Of a DNA stretch of 43,619 nt, positions 9,981 through 22,107 are shown one piece after another. Each line of letters starts with the position of its first letter. Within the stretch, counting starts at the first letter, position 1. Below the pieces are notes generated by a model. It had not been told where the DNA came from. It did no database searches and saw only the letters and a program-made list of their open reading frames with translations. Position numbers and translations under genes: made by a program. The stretch comes from Vulcanimicrobiota bacterium. GTDB lineage: Bacteria > Vulcanimicrobiota > Xenobia > Xenobiales > JADMJV01. The stretch lies in NCBI GenBank assembly GCA_022842865.1, contig JALHOV010000001.1:1-43619 (forward strand). Reading direction: 5' to 3'.

Positions 9981-10036
9981 GCAACGGCTGGTTCGCAAGA
10001 GCAGTGATCCAGCCCTGGCGGTCGAAGCAAGCAAAC

Positions 10037-10249
10037 ATGAAAAACAAACTGGGAATGCTTTTGATCTTGACGGCCCTGGCCGGCTGCGCGACCCCCAAGA
10101 TCGACCTGAATGCCAACAAGATCAAGTCGAAACAGAAAGCCCGGGTGACCGGCAACAACCAGAACCTCAAAGATCAGACCGGCACCGACCTGGAACTGGT
10201 GAAGCCCAAAAAGCGCAAGTTCGGAATGCCCACCTCGGTTGAGCCCTAG
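10037..10249 (+). CDS. Small lipoprotein (70 aa), Lys-rich
   Basis: MKNKLGMLLILTALAGCATP carries a lipobox (LAGC). The 3' end overlaps the next gene's TTG start. Confidence 0.55.
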   Translation: MKNKLGMLLILTALAGCATPKIDLNANKIKSKQKARVTGNNQNLKDQTGTDLELVKPKKRKFGMPTSVEP

Positions 10250-11651
10250 AGTCCTCCCCTTACTGCTGAGTTTGCTGGTTCTCCCGGTGGCGGCCGAGGA
10301 GCTGGTCAAGGTCGGTCACACCCGTCAGCTGCGCGGAGCCTGGGTGGCCAGCGTGGCCAACATGCACTGGCCGGCTCAGTCGGGGCTGACGTCCGCGCGA
10401 CAGCGGGAGGATCTGAGGCTTATGCTAGATCGTCTGGCCGAGGCTCGCTTCAACGCGGTCTTCTTCCAGGTCCGTCCTGAGGGCGATGCTCTCTATCGCT
10501 CTGAACTGGAACCCTGGAGCCGCTTCCTGAGCGGTCGCCAGGGTCACGATCCCGGCTATGACCCTCTGAATTTTCTGGTCAACGAGGCTCACCGGCGCGG
10601 TCTGGAAGTGCACGCCTGGCTGAATCCTTACCGGGCCCAGGCCACACCGCCTCCCCCGACTGCGGAATTGCCGGTCGCTCCCCATCAGGCAGCCGTGGAA
10701 CCCGAAAGCGTGCTCAGCTATGGGGCGCTGCGCTGGATGGACCCAGGCTCGCCCTCGGTGCGCGGGCGTTTAGTACGCGTCTGCCAGGACTTGACCCGGC
10801 GCTACGACCTGGACGGAATGCATTTCGACGACTATTTTTATCCCTACCCGGACTGGGAACTGCCTTTTCCCGACCAGGCCAGCTACACCCGCAGTGGGAC
10901 CAACCTGAGCCTGGGCGACTGGCGCCGGGCCCAGGTCAACGAAGCCATCCAGGAAGTCTCCTCGGCCATCGCCGCCGAAAAGCCCTACGTGCGCTTCGGT
11001 ATCTCACCTTTTGGCATACCGGCCCCCGAAAAGCCCGAGCAAATCAGTGGTTTGGACCAATACGAAAAGCTCTACGCGGATACGCAGCGTTGGATGGACG
11101 AAGGCTGGGTGGACTATCTGGCTCCCCAACTCTACTGGCCCACCACTCGCCAGGCTCAAGCCTACGAGCCGCTATTGAAGTGGTGGCGAGAGCACGCCCG
11201 GGAGGGCCGCTACATCTTTCCCGGGCTCAACCTGGCCGCCATGGGCACCAAGAGCGAGTGGGACCTGGCTGAGTACCGCCGAGAGCTAGCCCTGGCCGAG
11301 GGCTGCGGCGGCTATATCATTTGGAACGTCGCGCCAATTTTAGAGAATCGACAGAATGTGAAAGAGGAGTTGTTCGCCGAAGCCGAGGTGCTAACGCCGC
11401 CCCTGGCGCGTTGCGCGGACCGGGTCGCCTCCGCCCCGGACGTCTCCTGCGAGGGCTCCCGGGTACGCCTGACCTATACCGACCGGGTGCCCTGGCGCGC
11501 CTTTACCGTCTATGGCTGGAATGGAGACGTCTGGGCGCTACATCAGATCGTGCGCTCGGCAGAGCTGGATTTGCCGGCGGGCCGCTGGGCGCTGGCCTCG
11601 GTCAGTCGCGACGGTGCCGAAAGTCTGGCTCGGGTGGTAACTATCCCCTAG
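10239..11651 (+). CDS. Glycoside hydrolase-like family 10 (GHL10/DUF187, YngK-like) secreted protein
   Basis: Signal peptide MSPRVLPLLLSLLVLPVAA. Family signature: RGAWVASV...FNAVFFQVRPEGDALYRSELEPWS...GYDPLNFLVNEAHRRGLEVHAWLNPY. Confidence 0.8.
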   Translation: MSPRVLPLLLSLLVLPVAAEELVKVGHTRQLRGAWVASVANMHWPAQSGLTSARQREDLRLMLDRLAEARFNAVFFQVRPEGDALYRSELEPWSRFLSGRQGHDPGYDPLNFLVNEAHRRGLEVHAWLNPYRAQATPPPPTAELPVAPHQAAVEPESVLSYGALRWMDPGSPSVRGRLVRVCQDLTRRYDLDGMHFDDYFYPYPDWELPFPDQASYTRSGTNLSLGDWRRAQVNEAIQEVSSAIAAEKPYVRFGISPFGIPAPEKPEQISGLDQYEKLYADTQRWMDEGWVDYLAPQLYWPTTRQAQAYEPLLKWWREHAREGRYIFPGLNLAAMGTKSEWDLAEYRRELALAEGCGGYIIWNVAPILENRQNVKEELFAEAEVLTPPLARCADRVASAPDVSCEGSRVRLTYTDRVPWRAFTVYGWNGDVWALHQIVRSAELDLPAGRWALASVSRDGAESLARVVTIP

Positions 11652-11829
11652 CCTTTTCAGTTACTTTTCCGGGTGCTTGTTTTAGCATGCTTGACATGAA
11701 AATACAGCCAGTCCGAGCGAAACTGAAAAAAGCCCTGGACTACACCAAGCACGGCCCACCACAGCCTCCAATTATGAGAAGCCACAGATCATTCAGGCCG
11801 CTTCCTCTGCCTGTCTGGCCGGATTTTAT

Positions 11830-12591
11830 ATGATGGGGCCCGCCGGTGCGGTAACGCAAACAGCGGCCGCTCTCGTAGGCCTGAAGACCCAGGAGAAATA
11901 CGGCAAATGGGTGGGCGCCCTTTCTGGCGCCGCCACCGGCGCCGCTCTGGCTGCCTTGTCCGGCCATCTTCTAGGCACTCCCGGATTGGCCGTGCAAGCC
12001 ACTCTGGGCGGCATCGGCGGGGCCTTCTGCACCTTGCGCACCAACCAGGTATCCCGATTCCGCGACGCCGGCGCTTACGGCCTGACTTTCGGCTCGCCTC
12101 TGGCTGCAGGCGGCGCCAAAGCCGCACTGGGTCTGTCTTCGGTGCTGGCCGCTGAGGTGGAACACGAGGGCAAACGCGCTCTGGTGGCGGCGGGAATGGG
12201 CGCGGCCACCGGGGTGGCGCTGTCCATGGCCGGAATGAATCACTTCTCCCCGCTGGTCTCCGCCGCAGCCTGCGCCGGACTATCGGTATTCGCCTCAGTC
12301 TGCGGCCCTAGAGTCGCCATGGTCATGCGCAACGCCAGCGAAGACCTCGGCCAGAAGATGAGCAAGAGCCAGGCAGAATCAAAGGAAAAGAGCCTGACCG
12401 CCCGCATGCTGGGAACCTTGCCGATGGCCGCCGTGGCTCAAAGCGTGGCCGCCTTCACGATGGGCAAGTTCAACCCCGTTTCCATCGGCGTAGGCTTCGC
12501 AATCGACGCCTCCACCTCAGCCTACGAGGTCTACCTGAACCACAAGCAGGAAAAAGCGCAGGCCGACAAACCCCAGCCGCCTGGGGAGTGA
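11830..12591 (+). CDS. Gly/Ala-rich (glycine-zipper-like) membrane protein, function unknown
   Basis: 253-aa ORF with several G/A-rich hydrophobic segments (GALSGAATGAALAALSG, AAGMGAATGVALSMAG). The ATG overlaps the TGA of an upstream 45-codon ORF (ATGA). Confidence 0.55.
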   Translation: MMGPAGAVTQTAAALVGLKTQEKYGKWVGALSGAATGAALAALSGHLLGTPGLAVQATLGGIGGAFCTLRTNQVSRFRDAGAYGLTFGSPLAAGGAKAALGLSSVLAAEVEHEGKRALVAAGMGAATGVALSMAGMNHFSPLVSAAACAGLSVFASVCGPRVAMVMRNASEDLGQKMSKSQAESKEKSLTARMLGTLPMAAVAQSVAAFTMGKFNPVSIGVGFAIDASTSAYEVYLNHKQEKAQADKPQPPGE

Positions 12592-12598
12592 AAGCGAG

Positions 12599-12991
12599 TT
12601 AGTGGCGACTGCTGTTATTGGTGCCCATCGAGAGAGCGCCCAGAGCGGTGGCGCCTAGCACTCCCGGCAGGCCGAAGTGCCCACCAGCGTAGCCGCTGAG
12701 TCCGCCCACGATGGCGGCGCTGATCATGGCGCCGCGATTCTCTTTGCTGAAACCTCCGGCCCGGATGGCTACCACCGCGGCCCCGGCCAAGGCTCCTACC
12801 AAGAACGGATGCTGAGGAACGAGCATTCCGGCCAGAGCGGGGGCACCGAAGTGGACTGCGCCCAAACTGGCGCCTTCGAGAAAAGCGCTCTTGTCGGAGG
12901 GCCCTTTGCGAGCTTCTTTCGGCTCCGGTTGCGGCTGGTTGGCCAGTTTCTGGGGTAGACGGGGAGTCGGCTGGAATCGTTGTATTTGCAT
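12599..12991 (-). CDS. Glycine-zipper membrane protein (130 aa), function unknown
   Basis: Start chosen at MQIQRFQP. Pro/Gln-rich N-terminus followed by GxxxG-type hydrophobic segments (LVGALAGAAVVAI, IVGGLSGYAGGHFGLPGVLGATALGALS). Confidence 0.5.
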   Translation of the reverse strand: MQIQRFQPTPRLPQKLANQPQPEPKEARKGPSDKSAFLEGASLGAVHFGAPALAGMLVPQHPFLVGALAGAAVVAIRAGGFSKENRGAMISAAIVGGLSGYAGGHFGLPGVLGATALGALSMGTNNSSRH

Positions 12992-13065
12992 AGTCCCATG
13001 AGAATAGCTGAGCTGCCTAAAAAATCTCTCAAAGCTACCCTGGCCAGGGGCGGGCACCGAAGGGA

Positions 13066-13254
13066 CTACCCTCCGGATTGTTCTCGGGGATGATTCGGGC
13101 GATCCACCGAGGACCCTTGCTGGTCATACCAGCGTCTCGGATCCTTACGGGCCTCGTGGTCGGGCTTGGGCATATCGCCTTGCAGGGAGTGGGGCCTAAG
13201 CCGATGCATGTGGTCGACCTCGGGAATTTGCTCTTTCCAGTCCTGGTTATCCAT
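13066..13254 (-). CDS. Small hydrophilic protein (62 aa), function unknown
   Basis: AGGAGG lies 9 nt upstream of ATG 13254. The gene sits directly downstream of, and co-directional with, the C39-like peptidase gene. Confidence 0.5.
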   Translation of the reverse strand: MDNQDWKEQIPEVDHMHRLRPHSLQGDMPKPDHEARKDPRRWYDQQGSSVDRPNHPREQSGG

Positions 13255-13327
13255 CTTACAAAGCCTCCTGTTGCCCCTTCAGTGTAACCCGAGAGACCGC
13301 GCGCAACTCGGGATCCCAGTCCTGCCT

Positions 13328-14248
13328 TCAGGGCTTGGGAGCAAGAGCGATAGCCTCGATAAAGAACTGCTCCATCTCCCCTTCCGGCAAACGAGCCCCC
13401 GGGGTTGGAAAAAAACCGCCGGGATCATTGATGACATAATCAGAGCCCAGGCGGCCCACGCACAACAAGAAGTGATCTCCACCGGGAGAGCCAATGCGGT
13501 TGGTGTCGCCGCCGACCACCACCAGGTGTCCTTCGGCCAACGCCCGATCGATGTCCTGATACTTGCGGATCCGCTGGGAATGCAGGCCTAACTGTGTGGC
13601 TACCCGCTCGATTTCGCGGGCCTTGGTGGCGCGATTCTGATCCTGATTACCCACCGTCATCAATTGCCGGCACCATTCAATTAACCCCTGGCGATCGCCG
13701 GGCATCAAACCTTCGGGAGCCAAACCGTAAGCCAGGGCCACCATGGCCATGCAGGCGGGTCCGCAGTTGGCGCTTTGCTTTGGCGCCCATTGATTGTAGC
13801 GAGACTGATACTGGGTCACGAAGTAATCGGCCGGATTGGCCGGGACGGCTTTACGGGACACTACGCGACCTTGAACCTTCGGATGGACTCGCAGAACCCC
13901 GCCCGCGTCCCGACTGGTGCTCAGTCCCAGCGCCTGGCAGTAAGCCTCGGCCGGCACGAACACGTCCCCGCTTTCGACCAACAGAGCGATTTGCTTCTCT
14001 CCGACCCGGATGAAGCCACCCGGCACCGCGGCCGGCGGCGCTTCCTCTTGAATCGCTCCCCAAAATCCCTCGCCCGCCTCCCCCATCCGGGCGCCCAAGG
14101 CCTGGGAAAAGGGTTGCAGCAACACGTGGACGGTGCCGTGCCTCACCAAACAAGGGCCCTCGAAACGCTTCTCTTGAATGCGAATGTTCTGGGACCAGAC
14201 GGGTGAGGCCCCGAGCCCCAGCCACAACCAAAGAACAAAGTGCTTCAT
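13328..14248 (-). CDS. Secreted C39-like cysteine peptidase domain protein
   Basis: Start chosen at MKHFVLWLWLGLGASPVWSQ (signal peptide). C-terminal domain carries NCGPACMAMVALAYG (Cys motif) and GGDHFLLCVG..VINDPGG (His motif), as in Peptidase_C39_2. Confidence 0.7.
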   Translation of the reverse strand: MKHFVLWLWLGLGASPVWSQNIRIQEKRFEGPCLVRHGTVHVLLQPFSQALGARMGEAGEGFWGAIQEEAPPAAVPGGFIRVGEKQIALLVESGDVFVPAEAYCQALGLSTSRDAGGVLRVHPKVQGRVVSRKAVPANPADYFVTQYQSRYNQWAPKQSANCGPACMAMVALAYGLAPEGLMPGDRQGLIEWCRQLMTVGNQDQNRATKAREIERVATQLGLHSQRIRKYQDIDRALAEGHLVVVGGDTNRIGSPGGDHFLLCVGRLGSDYVINDPGGFFPTPGARLPEGEMEQFFIEAIALAPKP

Positions 14249-14329
14249 TGCTCGGAAGCATTTCGCGGAGTAGAAGGCCAATCCCGTCAAGGAGACTAAG
14301 AAGGGCCCATGCCAATTTAGGAGGTCCAC

Positions 14330-14668
14330 GTGTCAGAAGAGCATGCCATTACTCAGGACGAGCTCAAACGAGAGTTCACCAGCGAAGATGAATACTTTCG
14401 GAAGTTGGACGAGGAACGGATCGCAGCCGGGAAGCGCCGCAGCTTGACGCGCAAAATGTTGTGCCGCCGCGAAGGCCGGCCCCAGGACGGCTGTGAGCTG
14501 GAGTCAGTGCAGTTACACGGAATGGAAGTAGAACGCTGCTCCAGTTGCGGCGGTGTCTGGCTCGACGCCCACGAAGTGGAAGAACTACTCCGGTCCGAAA
14601 AGAAACAGCCCGGGCTATTCCAAAGATTCGCCGACATGCTCGTTCCCCGCGATCCGCCTAAAGAATAG
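14330..14668 (+). CDS. Zinc-ribbon protein (zf-TFIIB / PF13453-like)
   Basis: GTG start with AGGAGG 5 nt upstream. Family signature: VERCSSCGGVWLDAHEVEELL. Confidence 0.7.
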   Translation: MSEEHAITQDELKREFTSEDEYFRKLDEERIAAGKRRSLTRKMLCRREGRPQDGCELESVQLHGMEVERCSSCGGVWLDAHEVEELLRSEKKQPGLFQRFADMLVPRDPPKE

Positions 14669-14715
14669 AGTCAGGCCGCTAGGGATTGCAGCCCGGAAGT
14701 GGCGAATCGGATGCC

Positions 14716-15714
14716 ATGTTCAAACCGAAAACCCTTATGGCAGGCCTGCTCGTCGGCCTGATGACCCTCGCCCCTACAGCTGGAGCGGATGGTCTCTCCA
14801 AGCCCTCACCCTTAGCGGACCTTTGCGAGTGGGCGCTGCAAGTGCCGCTCACCGAGGCTCAGCGCCAGTCCTTAGCCCAGCTCATCACTGGTTTGCCCCC
14901 TTCTCGTTTGGCGCAGATGAATGCTGACGAGCAGCGGCTCCAGGCGACCGATGTGCAGCAGCGCAATTCGCTGAGAGCCGAGCTACACGGTCACTTGCTG
15001 GGGGGCAGCGATGCCCTGGCAAGCTGGGCCCTGCAAACCGAGAGCACCTCCAGCCTGGTGCTGGTAGCCGGCGAGCCCGCCCTGACCAGTCAGGCCATGG
15101 CGGCCTTCTGTGAGTGGCTGCTGTTCGCGGTCGACCCGGAGAACCCACCGGTCGTGTCAGCGCAGTTGGCCGCGATTCTGGACAGGGCGGTGGAAGATTT
15201 GTATCCCACCCTGGATGCCACCCAGCGAGCCCACCTGGCACAACTTCCCCTGGGATGGGCCAGTCTGCGCAAGCAATGGCCGGGCCTGGATGCCGCTCAT
15301 CGCGAGCAACTGCAGAGTAAATGGCGGGCTCAACTGGGTCCCATTTTCCAGCGTCAGAGCAAACTCCAACTGGCTAAACTGGCCCTCGACCAGTGCCTGC
15401 TTACGCTTCAGAACGGCGAACCGGGGGACCTGGACCCCAAACTGGCCCGACTCCAGTTCCTGGCCAATGGTTTGCGCCAGGAAAAAGACCCCCAATGCGC
15501 CCAGGCGGCCAGCCAGCTGGACCTGGTTATCGCGGACATTCAGCGGGGTCAGCAACAGCAAGCCTCCATCGATGCCATCAACAAGGTCTCCGACGAAATC
15601 AGCCAGCGCAGCCAGCTTCCGGGAATTGACTCAACCAGCCTCAAGCCCATGTTCTTCGGTCGCCGAGGCGGCCTTTTCGTCGGCGACGGCACCGGGATGC
15701 CCTACCGCTACTGA
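14716..15714 (+). CDS. Secreted hypothetical protein (Gln/Leu-rich helical)
   Basis: Start chosen at MFKPKTLMAGLLVGLMTLAPTAGADG (signal peptide). Followed by a strong terminator hairpin. Confidence 0.6.
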   Translation: MFKPKTLMAGLLVGLMTLAPTAGADGLSKPSPLADLCEWALQVPLTEAQRQSLAQLITGLPPSRLAQMNADEQRLQATDVQQRNSLRAELHGHLLGGSDALASWALQTESTSSLVLVAGEPALTSQAMAAFCEWLLFAVDPENPPVVSAQLAAILDRAVEDLYPTLDATQRAHLAQLPLGWASLRKQWPGLDAAHREQLQSKWRAQLGPIFQRQSKLQLAKLALDQCLLTLQNGEPGDLDPKLARLQFLANGLRQEKDPQCAQAASQLDLVIADIQRGQQQQASIDAINKVSDEISQRSQLPGIDSTSLKPMFFGRRGGLFVGDGTGMPYRY

Positions 15715-15743
15715 GAGGCGGCCGTTGCCGGCCGCCTCCTTTT
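15715..15743 (+). terminator. Rho-independent terminator
   Basis: Perfect 10-bp stem GAGGCGGCCG / CGGCCGCCTC with loop TTGC, followed by CTTTT. It begins 1 nt after the TGA of the 14716..15714 gene. Confidence 0.75.
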
Positions 15744-15746
15744 AGC

Positions 15747-16286
15747 TCACTTGCTGTTGACGGCGGCCATGGCCGCCTTCAACTGGTCGGCCTCTTTGGG
15801 GGTCCAGTTGACGAACACAGCGGTAGCCTTGCGTTCTTTGTACACAATAACGGTGTTCTTAACGGTCGGGTCGGTGTTGATCTTGTAGCCCGGCAGCGAC
15901 TCATCCTGAGTCCCTTTTAGTAGGGCCAGACCGACGTTGTCGGCCTTTTCCGCTTGATTCAGCTCCCGAAGATGCTCGGGAGTGTCCTGGACGAAGAGCA
16001 GAAAAGCCTTAAATTCGGCTTTGTTTTCTTGCTCTTGGACGGCCTGGCTCAGCAGGCGCATCAGCGGTTTGGTGTTGGCGTCATCTTTGCCATTGATAAA
16101 GACCTGGCACGCAGGTCGTCGACCATACTTTCAGACGGGGCAGGTATCGGTTCCGGCGTCTGGACCGGTTACATGTTGGGGATGATGGGCGGGCAGGTGA
16201 TCGCCGATGGCGGGGCCGGACTTGGGTACAGCCCAACCCGCCACGGCAATGACGGCCAGCGTCAGCAAAACGCGAAATTTTTGCAT
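15747..16286 (-). CDS. Secreted CxxC-type redox protein with in-frame TGA (candidate selenoprotein, CPV-U); alternatively a nonsense pseudogene
   Basis: ATG 16286 with GGAGG 6 nt upstream and signal peptide MQKFRVLLTLAVIAVAGWA. An in-frame TGA at 16133..16131 follows C-P-V. The frame stays open for 127 more codons, which is the 104-aa track ORF plus 24 start-less codons. A hairpin lies 13 nt after the TGA. Confidence 0.6.
16101..16117 (-). promoter_or_regulatory. SECIS-like hairpin downstream of the in-frame UGA
   Basis: Minus-strand GACCUG-CGUGC-CAGGUC (6-bp stem, 5-nt loop containing GU). It starts 13 nt after UGA 16133..16131, so the loop begins 19 nt after the UGA. Confidence 0.5.
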
Positions 16287-16403
16287 CGCATTCCTCCGAG
16301 GTATAGATTTGAGCCCTGGGGCTCATGGTTCAGAGGTGCGGACAGACGGGCAACAGTCCTGCTGAGCCAGGAAAATGGCTCCGTCCAAAGGAAAGCGAAT
16401 TCC

Positions 16404-17909
16404 ATGAAAAAGCTCTTTGTGACCTGCCTTATCCTCGGGCTCGGGGCCGTACCGGTCGCCGCCCGTCCTCCCGCCTTGGAGAAAGACCTGCTTGTCTCTC
16501 GCTTTGAGAACTACGCCGAGAAATCTCGGCAAGCCTGGGGTACGCCGGGCATGGCGGTGGTGCTGGTGGCCGACGGCAAAGTGCTGTGGTCCAAGGGCTT
16601 TGGCGTGAAAGAGACGGGTGGCAGCGAGCCGGTGGACGTGAAAACCCTTTTCCAGATCGGATCGGTTTCGAAGTCCTTCACCTCCAGTCTGGTGGCCCTG
16701 CAGGTTGACCGAGGCAAGTTGAAATGGGCCGACAAAGTGCTTGACTATGACCCGGATTTTCGCATGTATGACCCCTGGGTGACGCGCGAATTTACCGTCG
16801 AGGACACCATGTCGCAGCGCAGTGGCCAGCCGAGCTACGCCACCGACCTGCTCTCCTTTCTAGGCGCCACTCGGCCCGAGATCGTTCAGGCCTTGCGGGA
16901 AGTGCGACCGGTCTCGAGCTTTCGCAGTCGGTTCGCCTACGTCAACAATCTCTGGCTGGTGTCCGCTCGGGTGCTGGAACGGGTTACCGGCCGGACTTGG
17001 GAACAAGCGGTGGCCTCCGATATTTTTCAACCGCTGGCCATGAGCCGGACCAACACCGGTTTCCAGGGGCTTTGGAGCGATTCCAACCACAGCACTCCGC
17101 ACCAGGGTAAAAAGGGCGCGATTCAACCCTTACGGGACAACTGGCCTTTCAAAGACTGGGTCTATACCTATGGACCGGCCGGTGGCATCAATTCCAACGT
17201 CGAAGACATGGGCAAATACGTCCAGATGCAATTAGGAGTCACTCCCCTCATTCAGGCGGAGAGTCTGGCGGTCATGCACTCGCCCCACGTCCTGGTCGGC
17301 GGAGCTAAAAAAGAACAGCCCAAGGCCATCTTCGAACTCGGGATGGCCAGCTATTGCCTGGGCTGGATTCGCCAGGAACTACACCCCTCCACGCTCATCT
17401 GGCACAATGGCGGCACCAGTGGCTGCAAGACGGTGGTCGGTTTCTGTCCCGACGCCGGCATGGGCATCGTGGTGCTCTCGAACCTGGGCAATACCGAGCT
17501 GCCGGAAGCCCTGATGTATCGCTACTACGATCTCTATTTCGGTCGGCCTGACTACGATTACAGCGACACGTTTCTGCGCAACCAGCATCCCGCCGCAGCC
17601 GCCACTGCGCCGCCCCAAAACCCCAGACCTCCCGCCGCTTTAACCCGCTACGTCGGAAAGTATCGGCATCCCGTCTATGGCCTGGCCGAGGTGCGCCTGG
17701 TGGGGAGCGCTCTGGAGATCGGGCTGGGCAAGACAATGCGGCTCAAACTAACTCCCTGGGATGGCGACAATTTTTCCCATTCCGACCCCACGGAGTCGGA
17801 TGCTCCGCCTCAATTTGCCGGTTTTTCCAGCGACCCCGACGGCAAGTTCTCGCAACTGCACCTGACCCTTTGTGACGACGTGCTGGGCGGACGCTTTGAG
17901 CGTCAGTAG
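16404..17909 (+). CDS. Serine hydrolase, class-C beta-lactamase fold, with a C-terminal extra domain (DUF3471-like)
   Basis: Start chosen at MKKLFVTCLILGLGAVPVAA (signal peptide). Motifs: S-x-x-K (GSVSKSFT), Y-x-N (YVNNLW) and HNGGTSG. It is a paralogue of the 3463..4815 gene. Confidence 0.85.
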   Translation: MKKLFVTCLILGLGAVPVAARPPALEKDLLVSRFENYAEKSRQAWGTPGMAVVLVADGKVLWSKGFGVKETGGSEPVDVKTLFQIGSVSKSFTSSLVALQVDRGKLKWADKVLDYDPDFRMYDPWVTREFTVEDTMSQRSGQPSYATDLLSFLGATRPEIVQALREVRPVSSFRSRFAYVNNLWLVSARVLERVTGRTWEQAVASDIFQPLAMSRTNTGFQGLWSDSNHSTPHQGKKGAIQPLRDNWPFKDWVYTYGPAGGINSNVEDMGKYVQMQLGVTPLIQAESLAVMHSPHVLVGGAKKEQPKAIFELGMASYCLGWIRQELHPSTLIWHNGGTSGCKTVVGFCPDAGMGIVVLSNLGNTELPEALMYRYYDLYFGRPDYDYSDTFLRNQHPAAAATAPPQNPRPPAALTRYVGKYRHPVYGLAEVRLVGSALEIGLGKTMRLKLTPWDGDNFSHSDPTESDAPPQFAGFSSDPDGKFSQLHLTLCDDVLGGRFERQ

Positions 17910-17916
17910 ACGCTAT

Positions 17917-18288
17917 TCATTTCCGCTTGCGCGGAGGAACAGGGATGGATACGTGCGGGCGGTTCTTCTTGCGCGGCCTGGCTACGGGAAGGGGCTCCGG
18001 CTCCTTGGGCTTGGGACCGAGCTTCTTTAGAGCCAACTTTTCCATGGCGTTGTCTTTTTGCTCTTGCTTGGCCCGACTTTCAATGCTGACCACGACCGCC
18101 GGCTCAGACCGTCCGAATCGCTCCAGGTAGTGCTGCTGCACATACTCAGGGACGGAGATGTCAGTCAATTTCGCCAGTGAACGGGGAATGATTTCCAGTT
18201 CACGAGCCATTTGCACTTGTGCGTGAGTCAGGCTGTAGCGCTGGCGCGCATCCACCCACTCTTTCTCTTTGTTATTTAATTTGGCCAC
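17917..18288 (-). CDS. Hypothetical basic protein (Lys/Pro/Arg-rich tail)
   Basis: 123-aa ORF whose start overlaps the upstream response-regulator gene end by 13 nt (same strand). No recognised domain. Confidence 0.45.
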   Translation of the reverse strand: MAKLNNKEKEWVDARQRYSLTHAQVQMARELEIIPRSLAKLTDISVPEYVQQHYLERFGRSEPAVVVSIESRAKQEQKDNAMEKLALKKLGPKPKEPEPLPVARPRKKNRPHVSIPVPPRKRK

Positions 18289-18647
18289 GCCAGCAATGCC
18301 TCAACCTGCTTTTCCAGTTCGGGCAGAACCGCCGGTTTGCGGGCAAAACCCTCGGCACCCATAGCGGCGGCGCGCTGCTTCAGGTCGTCCCATCCGGACA
18401 TAACCAGGAACTTGACCGATTTGCGTTCCGGATCCTGTCGCACTCTTTCCAGCAGTTGCTCACCGCTAATCCCCGGCAAAGTGAGGTCGAGCAGCACCAG
18501 GGCGATATCTGCCTCACGGCCCAAAATCTCCAGGGCTTCCTCGCCACTGGCGGCAAGATGGAGCCCATACGGTTTGCGGCGAAAGATCATTTTATACATA
18601 TTGCGCAGGTCGGCAGCGTCTTCAACGATTAGTATAGATTGACTCAT
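18276..18647 (-). CDS. Single-domain response regulator (CheY-like receiver)
   Basis: Receiver signature: ILIVEDAADLR...ALVLLDLTLPGISG...LVMSGW...GFARKP. Confidence 0.9.
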   Translation of the reverse strand: MSQSILIVEDAADLRNMYKMIFRRKPYGLHLAASGEEALEILGREADIALVLLDLTLPGISGEQLLERVRQDPERKSVKFLVMSGWDDLKQRAAAMGAEGFARKPAVLPELEKQVEALLAWPN

Positions 18648-18667
18648 AGGGCGGGACTTCTTTCCGA

Positions 18668-18680
18668 GGGAGAATCTCCC
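18668..18680. promoter_or_regulatory. 13-bp palindrome in the divergent RR/HK promoter region
   Basis: GGGAGA-A-TCTCCC lies between the response regulator start (18647) and the kinase start (18703). Confidence 0.35.
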
Positions 18681-18702
18681 TTGGCCCGAAAGCTATTGTT
18701 TC

Positions 18703-22103
<3,401 letters not shown>

Positions 22104-22107
<4 letters not shown>

